DNA of 63,972 nucleotides, counting the filler, from Reclinomonas americana ATCC 50394 (Eukaryota): the NCBI GenBank assembly GCA_048213135.1. It is 22 parts of 22 records of this genome, joined end to end, with 100 filler letters (N's around TTAATTAATTAA, not from the genome) between each part and the next. Parts side by side here need not be neighbours in the genome. Positions count along the whole stretch, not along the records: positions 11,370 to 17,613 come from AFZH01021722.1; positions 17,714 to 20,617 come from AFZH01021723.1; positions 20,718 to 22,143 come from AFZH01021724.1; positions 22,244 to 27,193 come from AFZH01021725.1; 18 more parts are not named here. One strand, written 5' to 3'. This document shows positions 11,370 through 22,490 of this stretch, piece by piece. Each line of letters begins with the position of its first letter. Within the stretch, counting starts at the first letter, position 1. The notes below the pieces were generated by a model, which was not told the DNA's origin, ran no database searches, and saw only the letters and a program-made list of their open reading frames with translations. The translations under genes and the position numbers were made by a program.

Positions 11370-14300
11370 GTTGACGGCGGAGGCGGACGATGACACGGTA
11401 AACACGGCGCGCGGTGTGCAGCTGGCGCTCACGCACAAGCAGCTGAGCCAGCGAGCTCTGTTGCGCTTGTCGGCCACCTCGTCGTCGCCCAACTTCCTGC
11501 AGCATGCGCGGAGTGCGTCGCAGCGCAGTCTCGACAGTCTGCCGGGTCGGTCGGCGCCGCCTGCGGTGGTGGCGTTGAGCGTGTCCAGTCCGCTGCAGCG
11601 CAAGGACTCGGGCTTTGCCAGTTGCGTACTGCGGTGTCCGACTCGTGTCTCCCTGCCTGCTGTGCACTCATTGCATGTCGGGCGTGCACGCACACAGGTG
11701 GGAGTCGGCCCACGCGCATCACGGTGGACGAGGCACAGCTCTCGACGGGACAGCCGACGCCATTCACCGCGCGTGTGCACGGAGACGGAGCGCACTTTAC
11801 GGTCAGTCTTTTTGCTGCCGGCAATTCCACCCTGCGTCTTGATCATGTGACCTCACCCACCAATGCAGATGGATGTGTTGATGACGGAACCGGCGGTGCC
11901 GGGTGTCATCAAGGAGGTGCTGTCGACCACCACGTTTGGTTTCGATCGGCGATTCTTGGTGAACACTGTCCGCCGCAACGTGTGGTCCAGTGCGGTCGAC
12001 CACTTTACCGTTGCGTCCCACGTCGCTGCCATTGTTTTTGTTTCGACTTGTGCGCCACCTTACCTGCATGAAAACAGCGACCAAGCGAGGCTCCGATGCA
12101 CGAGCGCCTCGACGAGTGGCACCGCCTGGAGCTCGGCCCGTTCATGGAGTACGATTTCGAGTTCCGCACTCGCCGAAGCCTGTGGAGCAATCGAGCCAAC
12201 CAGTCGTATGGTCCACGATGGTGGAGCGCGGTGTGGACCACGCTCGTCGTGTTCTTCAACTTGATCGACTTTCTGTTGTTCCACATTCCATTCAACATCC
12301 TCCGCTTCGGGCGTGCACTCGTGCGCACCTTTGCTTCGCGTCACCCCGGCGAGCCGCGTGAGGGATTGCATCGTTGCGTGTGCACGACAATGCTCTCTCT
12401 TTCCCTCCCTTTGGTCGCTCACAAGTACAACAGGCAAAGCACGGCGATTGTGGCGAGAGGAAGGGCGGCGAAAGTGTGCGCTGGCCGACGGCACTCCGAA
12501 CCACCCGCACTACCTGCCATCACCAAATTTTTCCATTTCTTGTTGCGTTGCAGTGGCGTCGTGTGTTGTTGGTTGATCTGCATGCGCTCGACTCACCACA
12601 CTCGACGGGGCGGTAGCGGTGCGCGATCTCGATGCTGACGAGGCCGAGGTGCAGTTGGCGGTACATCGTGTGCGTGAGATCCTTCTCATGCGCCTGCTGC
12701 AAGTGGCCGTGGGGCCGTTCGTGTCGGCCGGTTACGGACTCTTTCGCTTCCTGTACGTGCACGTACGCCAGCAATGGCTGCGTGGTCACTTGTCCGAAAT
12801 CAATGTGGCGCCGTATGTGCAACGCCATGTGGCGCTGTTCCATGTTGCGCAACATGCTCCCTCTACTCCTGCGTGTGTGTTGTTGCCGCACTGACACAGA
12901 AGCACATGCAGAACATGATCTCCGAGGTCAAGTACTGGCGCGAAATGACACGCTCGCGCCTGGACTACGTGGTGCCGACGCACCAGCAGCTGCTCTACCA
13001 AGACATTTCGGATCTGTTCTTCGAGGAGGACTTTTTGTTCAAGCGTCGTTCGTTCAGCGACGGCCAGGGACTCGGTTGCGTGTGGGACGACGGCGTTGAG
13101 AAGTTCGACGACATTGTTCAGCTGCTGCGCCCGAGTAATGCACTTCCGCGTCCGGGTGATCCGGCTGCTGAGAGTGCACCTGAGGGACGCGAGCAGCGCA
13201 TCAAGGAGTGCTGGGCCTGGGCGGCTCACATGCCGGCTCGGACGGCGCCACTCAAGACATTCCGCGAACGGTCCTCTGACGTGTGGTGGAAACCAGGTGC
13301 GTATGAATATGCATGCTGCACTCTAGAGTGACGCTTACTCACGTTGAGTGTGCAGGCTTTTTCACGGTGATCTCCAACGTGTTCCCGATGCTGAATTTTG
13401 GCTCGGTGTTCGTTTTCCTGCAAGTCTGGCTCGTGCACTACGATCGCCTCGGTCCCATCGAGGCTGCCTATGCGTACGCCGCGTTGCGCGTCATCTTTTT
13501 CGGACTTGGGGTAAGTTCTGGTCTTGCCATTCTGCGTGCACGCCGAGAATTCGCTATAACGATACACTCTGCAGTACTTGGCCGACGCGTGGACGTGGAC
13601 GCCGCACAATCCAGTAACACCCGACCAGTCGGCGTCGCTGAAAATGTCGCGACGGCAGTGGCACCAGGTGGGCATGCGTGTCCTGGTGGTGACCATGTCG
13701 GTGCTTGGCACGCTGGCCATGGACACGGTGTTGCTGCTGCGCGGCGAGAAGCAGCTGTGGGATACGACACTGGATACGAACTCGCCACGGCAGGTTTGTC
13801 GCTACGTGGTCATCGTGTGTGGCTCCTCCTCCTCCTTCTCCTCCTCACGCGTGACCGCGCAGATTGCTGTGCTGGTCATCACCCGCTGCATTGTGATGCT
13901 GCTGACCATGACCGTGACAGGAAGCATTGCGTTTATCTTTTCGCTCTCGCTTCTGTCGTTGATCAAGGGCTGGTGGATCGGCTTCTCCAGTAACCGGACG
14001 TGGAACCAGGTGCGGCCACTGACCATGAAGCATGCAAACCAGAGTTCGTCTATTTGTCTCACGCGCTTCACCACAGATGGCCAACATTGTGGCCCCCAAG
14101 AAATCCGCCATCCGGAAGCCGATCAAGCCAGTGGAGCCGTCGGGTGGATGGACTGCTGTGGGTGCGGATTGTCACTTCTTGTTTCTTTGCTCTATTGCTC
14201 GCGACTGACTCCTCGCATGTAGGCCTCAAGTCGCCCACCAATGCCGCTGCTATTCGTATCAGTGCCGCCCTGCCGTCGTCTCGACGTACGGCGAGCTTGG

Positions 14301-17300
14301 CCAGCGACGCGGACGATGTAAACAAACTGCATGTGGACCGCGAGCTGGCCGGCGTACCGAACAAGGAGTGGAACAAGCGCGAGCGTCTACCGGCCAACCT
14401 GTCGATGAAGGATTGGGATGTGGAGTCGGTGCCGAGTTCGTTGGCGCCAACCGTCACCATTGCTGGCGGCGATCGGCTGACGGCCATGAGCTACGGCGAT
14501 CACGTACTCACCATCAGCACCAAGATCGAGGTCAAGTTTGCACGCATCTTCATTCCCCTGGAGCACGACCCGATGCGCATTCGCGTGGCGTGGGCGCGCT
14601 ATCTCAACCTGATCTTCAACGACTTTTTCAAGCGCTCGTTGCTGCTGGAGCAAGAGTACAACATGTACAAGCGTGCTCTCGCCATCCGACACACCTCGCG
14701 CACCGACTTTTTGGCCGGCACCTGCAACCTGCGACATTTCGTGTCGCTGCTTCGCCGGCGTCCGCCAAAGAACCAGGAGGCACGACGTCGCTTGTCGACC
14801 AATTTTGACGGCCTCCTCAGCAACAGCATCCCCACTGTCGATCCGGTCACCTGCATGCCGTCGTTCTGCATCATGATTCCGAGTGGTGCGTGGGTTGTGC
14901 ACTCAAATCTTCTGTATTGATTGACTGACTCACTTTTGTGCAAGTGCAGGTGACGAGCCGTTCTTGTACACCATGGATCAACTGCTGGAGGTCACCACGA
15001 ATCGCGCACCGATTTTGCTTCACATGATAGAGCGGTACCCGAATGACTGGAAGAACTTTGCCGATCGAGTGCTGTCGGACCCCACCTTTGCCGACGAGGA
15101 TGGCGACGCCATTGACATTATTTTTACGCGCGGCGCACAACGGTCCAACGTGCTCGAGCTGATGGAGCAAGGCGACTATCCACTTGTGTACCACTCGTTC
15201 CGCAGCTTCAGCGTGCCTCTTCAGCGCAAGATTCGCGAGTGGGCCTGCGGACGGTGCGTGTGTAGATGGGGATGATGATGATGCTCGTCTGCGGTACTTT
15301 AAATGACTCCGTTTTCACCACAGCTTCCAACCACTGTTTCGGTGTCTGGAGGGCGTGGCCGGCCAGCGCGATGCCCTTATCTTCCTGCACCGGCTGCAGA
15401 ACCCGCGAGACCCCATGAGCCGAGCCATCGAGGTCGTCGACCAGAAGCTGCAAGTGGTGTTTGGCTACCAGTCGTACGGCAAGGTACCTGGAGCCTCGCT
15501 GAGAATCGCCTTCTTCTCTCACTTGCTCACTCGTTGCCGATTACAGCTCAAGCAAGCTGCTGACGGCGATGCATCTGAACGCGGAGGCCTCCTGAGCGAC
15601 ATTAACACGACGCTGGCCAAACTACCGTTCATCGATCTGGTGACCGTGGAGGCCACCACGTTTGAGGGCCAGACCGTGTACGATTCGGTGTGTTACAAGT
15701 TCGATCAGCGACCCGACGGTACCGTGTTGCGTGTCGAAAAGGCTCGCGTGCGAGTTGCGTGCCATGAGAAGTGCAGTCTCGTCGAACACCAGGCTCCACA
15801 CACGCTCACTTTCCCCACATTTTGCAGTTGCCCGGCAATCCGTTCTTGTGTAGCGGCAAGGCAGAGAATCAGCATCAGATGTTTGTGCACGTCCGCACTG
15901 AAATCGTACAGGCTGTGGACTGCAACCAGGACTCGTACTTTGAAGAAATGCTCAAGGTGATTGATCTCCGTACATGTCGCCAGTTCTTTTGATGCGCTGA
16001 CGCGGCTGATTTTGTGGCAGGCCCCCTGCGCGTTGCGTGAGTTTGCTTTGAATCCGGAGGTGCGAGTCGTCGGATTCTCGGAGACCGTAATCACCGAGAG
16101 ATGGAACTTTGTCGGTCGGCTGGCGGCCTTGGCCGAGCGAGCGTTCAACACCACCGTGCAACGCGGTCTCGGTATCATTGGTCTTCGCGCCCACTACGGC
16201 CACCCCGACTTCATCGATGCACGATTCGCTCGCTCCTGTGGTGGTCTCTCGAACAACGCCTATGTCAGTGAGGACATTTTCCTCGGTCTCAACTTGTGGA
16301 TTCACGGCTACGAGTCGACGCATGTCGACTACCTGCAGTACGGCAAGGCTCGTGACACAAGCATGCTCACCACGGCCAAATTCGAGTCGAAAGTGGCTGG
16401 TGGCTCTGCGCAGGCTGTTGCGTTGAGATTTTTTGATTTTGAGCACACAAGCGCATCCTCACGTGCTGTGCCATCACGCAGTGCATGTCGCGTGAGGTGC
16501 ATCGCTTGTACCGATCGCGTCTGTTTGGTCCGCTGCAGCGGTACTGCTTGTATCACTCCAACATGGGCTTCTACTTGAACCACTACATTGTGCGCAACGT
16601 TGTCATTTTCTGGGTCCTCACCCACATTTGCATCAACATGGCCAATCACGTTGCGTCTCGAGCGTACCGTACTCTTCCTCTCTTCACTGCACTCGCATCT
16701 CACCAATAACCTCCCCGCGTCGCAGTGGATCGAATCCAAGTTCTTTGTGGCCACCAGCAACGATCCCTGGTTCCTGGCTGTTGGCATGTTCCTCTCCCTG
16801 CCCGCCATTTTCACCATGTGGATTGATCGCGGTTTACTGGGCGGCACTTGGTACTTTATCAAATACGTCGTGCCCATGGCTGGCTATCAATTATTCCACG
16901 TCAGTACCAAGGCCTACGGGTGGGGCATCGGCATCTCCTCGGACGCCAAGTTGCGCCTTCAGAGGGGGGATGCACACGTTTTTTTATGTGGCGGGTGACG
17001 GCACGGTAGTAGATGTTTGCAATCTCTCTCCCGCACGCATGCACATACAGAGCACTTTGTCTGTGTCTGTCACTCTCTTCTCTGTCCCCACCGGTGACGT
17101 GCTTCCAATCACACACGCTCCCTGTCCAGCTCTTTGTATCCGCCTAACTGGACCGGCATCACTGACGAACCTGCGTCTCCTGACACGGTGCGTCTGCTGG
17201 ATCACGACAGATACATTCAGACGGGGCGTACGTTTGGTCTCGAGCACACGCGGTTCCGCGACATTTTGCTGCAATTCAACGACTCGCACTTCAAGTACTG

Positions 17301-17613
17301 CTTCAAGCTGCTCGTGCTGCTGCAAGTCAATGCCATTGCACTTGGTACGGGTGTCGCTGCATCTACAAGCATGCGTGACTGCCTGTGCCTGACCACGCAC
17401 GCGCACATGTCGCAGGCGACCAGAGCATCATGTGGAGTGGCTGGCTCATGCTGGGCGTGACGCTGATTGCCCTCAATTTCTTCAATCCCAGCACGCTGCC
17501 AATCCGCACGCCAGCCAAGTTCACCACGGTGCGTTATTGTTGCATGTGTGTATGCGATTTGAGTGTGTCTCGCTCACTGCTCACTGAATTGTGCTTCACA
17601 GAAATTCATGCAA
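11370..17613 (+). CDS. 1,3-beta-glucan synthase / callose synthase (GT48, FKS/GSL family), multi-exon, open at both contig ends
   Basis: Motifs YQDISDLF and KTFRERS (FKS1 domain 1), PKNQEARRRL, MPSFCIMIP, YPNDWKNF, LPGNP..GKAENQ, DCNQDSYFEE, HYGHPDF (about 16192-16212), SEDIF (16267-16281), GKARD, KVAGG, SREVHRL, AKYIQTGR and FNPS, plus multiple TM helices. Confidence 0.95.
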
Positions 17614-17713
17614 NNNNNNNNNNNNNNNNNNNNNNNNNNNNNNNNNNNNNNNNNNNNTTAATTAATTAANNNNNNNNNNNNNNNNNNNNNNNNNNNNNNN
17701 NNNNNNNNNNNNN

Positions 17714-20617
17714 GTGAGCAGAATCACATTGAGAAGGCGGTGACGGAGAACGAGGGACTGGTGATGGAGTTGGTGAAGGACATTAATGATGCTTTCAACG
17801 GCTTCTGGTTCTTCAATCCAGAGGAGCGACCAGAGGCCACCTCGGCGGTGGTGCGTTGTGGCGCGATCTTACATTCTCTGCTTGAGTGAGTTTTGGAGGA
17901 CTTATCTTTGTGATTGTTGTTGGCTGCAGACGGCGCGCATCTGGGACATTGAGGACGACGAGGCCGACGATGATGAGGTGATGGCATACGACGATTACGT
18001 GCAGCTGGCGGTGAATGTCACCAAGAAAATCAAGGTGTGCGGTGGTCGCAGTTTTTGTGGAGTTGATTATTCTTCTGAATACGCTGACACATACACGCAG
18101 AAATACCAATACCGCTTGCGCTCGTCGCACGTGTCGTTCCCGGCACTCGTGCGCCGCATCCTCAACATCGAGTGGCCACAAGAACGACTCGACTTTTTGC
18201 TCATGTTTGGCAGCTTTGGTGGTGCCGTCAGCAAGGCCATTGACCAGTGCAACGACGACACTCTGTCTGGCCAGGAGCGTCGCCATCGTGCTGTCTTGCG
18301 CGTGGTCTGGGCCCTCAACACGTACGTCGAAAACACGTACGACCTCATGCGACGGACTGTACTGTCGCTGCACATGCGCGAGTTCCGCGCGAATCCGCTG
18401 TGCGTTGACCTGGTACAGGCGGCGTTCTTGAGCATTCAAGAAGGTCTCTTTGGTTTCCATTGCCATGACTGTTGATAGGCAGACTACTCACTGGCTGTGA
18501 TATCTCGCTTGCGCAGGCTACCAAATTTTGCTCGGCGAAGGCGTGCGACAATTTGCGGAAGAGGTGGCGCCGCAGTTCGCAGCTGCGGCCGTACTCGCCA
18601 ACGACATGGCGTCGATGGATCCAGACACGATGCTGGCGCGCGCACAGGAGATCAAGTCGTTGTGGAAGACGGTGCAGAAACTGTCGGCTCACCTCGCCGT
18701 CACCTCGCAAGAAGTACTGCAGCTGTCGCGAGCGTTCGAGGTATCCATTGCACCGTTATTTATTTTGTTGCCTGCACCCACCGACTCACTTGTTTATCGA
18801 CGCTCGCAGGAGGGTGAGGCGCCGCACTACTTTTTCGATTCGCGCATGTTGCAGATGAACGGTGTACTGGACGACAGCCCAGCCATTCAAAGCAAGTTGG
18901 AGCTGGTGACGAGCACACTCATGCAACTGCAGCAGATGGAAGCGCGACTGGAGAAGGATTGCATTCGATTGGTGCGCATGAAGCAAGGTCTCGACCCCGA
19001 CGACGACAGTACGATCATGCCTCTCGATCTGCCGACCATGGCCGAGAGCGTGCACTCAGTGTCCAGCTATCGCGGCGGTCTCGGCAGCTCAATTGCTGGC
19101 ACCCCACACGCTGCCCTGGAGATGGTCGCCACTCCGCGCACCGTGATTGAGGAGGCCGGCAAGCAGATGAAGATCACTGTCGTTGGTGCGTACCCGCGTC
19201 ACTCCTTGTTAGTGCCCATGTCCATGACTCACTCTCTTCTTTTGTGAATGTGTGCGTGTGCAGCACCACCACCACTGGCTCCATCGAGCGCCGCCGGATC
19301 GTCGACGTACAACGAGGACGAGATGCGCAAGGCTTCGAATCGCCGTCAGAGTCAGGACCTCGGCTCCGACATTATGACGGTGGACTCGGAGATTGTCGAG
19401 TACGGCGACCTGGAGAAGTCGTCGTCGCAGAGCTCCATCACCCACACACATCGAGTGGTCACGAAACGCATCACGCGCTCCGTGTCGCCCACTGGCAAGC
19501 CCGTGCGACGAAGTGCAAGTGGCAAGGCAGCGGACAAGACCAAGTCTGCCAATACCGCCGCCACTGCCGCAGCCGACGGCGCGCCAGCAGCGGCCTCGTT
19601 TGACCTCGGCGGCTCCACACCACTGCCACCGCCAATCCTCACGCCGGTCACGGCGCGGGCGATCTCGCGACGTGGTGGCGGTGGTGGTGGTTCCATGCTG
19701 ACCACTGTGTCGATGCCTCCGGACGATGCCGACAACACTCCGCGCGACTCGTTGGTGTATCTGCAGGCCGGCGTGGTGAACTCGTACCCGTCGTCGCCGT
19801 CGTCGCAGGCGTCGGAGCTTGCCGTCGAACTGGCCACCGATCAGAGTGTTACACCGAACCGCTCGCCCAACACCACACCGATCCGCATGGACGACGGTAC
19901 AGCTGTTGACGACAGCGAGCAGTCGATTGATGTGCTCGACGTGGACGAGATTCGCCGCGACTCGCGACTTGTGCGTGAGGTGTCGGCGCGCATCGAGATC
20001 CCGTTCATCATGCGCCATCCAACCTATCGCTTCTCGGTGGACGAGCACGTGGCGTTGGCGTACAAGCGGCAGGAGGGCGTCATTCGGTACATTGGACCCA
20101 CGGATCTCGGTCCCGGCACGTGGCTCGGCGTCGAGCTCAAGCTGCCAGAGGGCAACAGCGACGGCATGCTCAACGGTACTCGCTACTTCCGATGCCGGCA
20201 CAACTACGGCGTGTTTGTCAGGCCGGAGAATGTGCTGCGTTGCAAGGTACTGTGGGCAATGATGTCCTTTTTGTGTTTTCTTCTTTCCTCCACTGAATTC
20301 TTGTGACACAGATCTACACCGTGGAGGCACAAATGGGTGGCGATCAGATGCAAGAAACAGTGGACATGCGTCGCCGTGCATTGTCGCCGAGTGCGCGGAC
20401 GGAGGAGTTGACGGCGCGCGAGAAAGTTGCACTTGCGCAGCACGAGTCGCGCACGCGAGGAATGGCTGCCTCGCCAACAGACATGGTGATGAATGCGGCG
20501 TCGCCGGATGTGGCTCCACGCCTGCAACGTCGACAGTCGCTCCTCGGCAACGACAGCGAGTCCAGCAGCAACAGCAGCGGGCGAGGGCGTCCGGTGTGTG
20601 TTGACAAATTCATTCAC
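17714..20617 (+). CDS. Multi-exon helical/coiled-coil and low-complexity segment with a CAP-Gly domain; probable continuation of the glucan synthase gene
   Basis: CAP-Gly at about 20031-20235: GVIRYIGPTDLGPGTWLGVELKLPEGNSDGMLNGTRYFRCRHNYGVFVRPENV. The reading frame is open at the contig start and enters an intron at the contig end. Confidence 0.85.
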
Positions 20618-20717
20618 NNNNNNNNNNNNNNNNNNNNNNNNNNNNNNNNNNNNNNNNNNNNTTAATTAATTAANNNNNNNNNNNNNNNNNNNNNNNNNNN
20701 NNNNNNNNNNNNNNNNN

Positions 20718-21944
20718 GCTCATGTAGCTGTGCAGTCGTCGTTCCTCGCTCACCGCAACCTGTGTGTACGTGCAGCGTCGCAACAGTCGGAGCAGTTTTG
20801 ACGGCAACAGTGCGCCGGCGGGAGGCGCCACACGTCCCGGCGCTGTCAATCCCGGTCGCCGACTGTCGCACTCGCGTCGACCGTCGATCTCCGACACGAC
20901 ACCGCCGGTCGAGCAGTTGTCGGTGATTCCGCCGACTCCGCCCGTGGGTGCGCTGCTGCCGCCACTCCTGCCGCTGGCCGACTCTCCAGTGCCACCCGGA
21001 GGCGCGTCGCCGCCGGTGCGAGCGTTGGCGTCGGTCGACCGACCGCGCAGTTTCAGCTCGGTTCGTATGAGCTTCCAGGCGACGCGGCGGCGCGGTATGC
21101 CCGTCAGTGCCACCGACTCGAGCGAAGCCGCAGACATGGAAATAGTCGCGGCATCAGCTGCGGCAGCACCTGTAGCATCTCCGGCGCCCGCAAAGGGCTC
21201 ACCGGGAACGCTACGTCGCAATCACTCGCCCGACATTGCGTCGAAATTCGGCCAGTTGCCGGCGCCGACCTTCCTTGGACCCGACGGCCTTTTGCGACAC
21301 AAGAACACACTCAGCCAGCCTTCGCTGCACGGAACAGGCACATTGTTGCGCTCGTCGGGCAACAGCGAAGCGACGCTGTCGGTGACCTCGCTGTCGTCGA
21401 CATCGCTGGTGCATGAACTTGGCGAGTTGCCGCCAGTGCCCTCTGATCACGTCTCGTCGGCGTCGTCGCTGGCCTCTGCGGTGGCCGGCGGAAGTGTGCC
21501 GATTGGCAGTGGCTCCGAGGGGCACGTGACGCATCTGTGGATGCATCGCTTCCGACCCAATGGCGTCGACGGCCCACTGGCCGACTTTATTGCCGATCGG
21601 CTGGCCACGGAGCTCTCGCGTGGCCGCTACCCACTGCACGCGCCTAATGACGACGAGCTGCGCTACATGGCAGAGAGCGCCAGTGCCAATGGGTTTTCGC
21701 GATCCGAGTCACTCATTCCCGGCTCCGGCATCATCGTGTCGGTGTGCCTGGTCGACGGTGGACGCGTCTCCAAGGACGGCATTCAGCGCATTGCATTCTC
21801 GGTCAATGGTGAGTCCCGTGTAGCTCCCCTCCCTCTGCGATTGCATGATTACTCACTTGCACGCGACATGCAGGCCCCGATGCAGACATCACGCGCTTTG
21901 TGGCTGGGCGGCCAGCAGATCGCTTCCAGGCGCTGGGAGACTAA
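20718..21944 (+). CDS. Ser/Pro-rich tail and small terminal globular region; 3' end of a gene (probably the CAP-Gly gene)
   Basis: Long ORF of similar low-complexity composition. The last intron (GTGAGT...ATGCAG) gives GPDADITRFVAGRPADRFQALGD-stop at 21942-21944, followed by AATAAA at 21949. Confidence 0.6.
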
Positions 21945-22356
21945 AGATAATAAATTATGGTGTGTGTATGTTGCATGCAAGAGAGGGTCGATGTAGCCGT
22001 GCAGGCCGCAGTGATACTTGTAAGTCGGCCGAAACTGAGCAACCCCACTTTCAGACAAGACCGTTTTGTTTGATTGTGCGAGAGGAGCGGAGGCTTGATC
22101 TGTTTCGTGTCATGTCCGTGTTGTCTCAAGCTCAGTGTGTCCCNNNNNNNNNNNNNNNNNNNNNNNNNNNNNNNNNNNNNNNNNNNNTTAATTAATTAAN
22201 NNNNNNNNNNNNNNNNNNNNNNNNNNNNNNNNNNNNNNNNNNNAACACTGACTCACTGTGTCCTTTGCTTTGCGTGCGTGTGTCTCTGCAGTGACTGCTC
22301 CTTCTTTTCACTTGCCACCTCGCTCGTTCTTGCACATAACGATTTTTCACCACAAG

Positions 22357-22455
22357 ATGCGCGACCGCCATTCGCCGTCGCTCTTAATCGCATGTGTCGC
22401 CACTCTCTTCCTGTTGGCGGCCGTATGTGCCCCACTGCACGCTGAAGCCAGTTGC

Positions 22456-22490
<35 letters not shown>

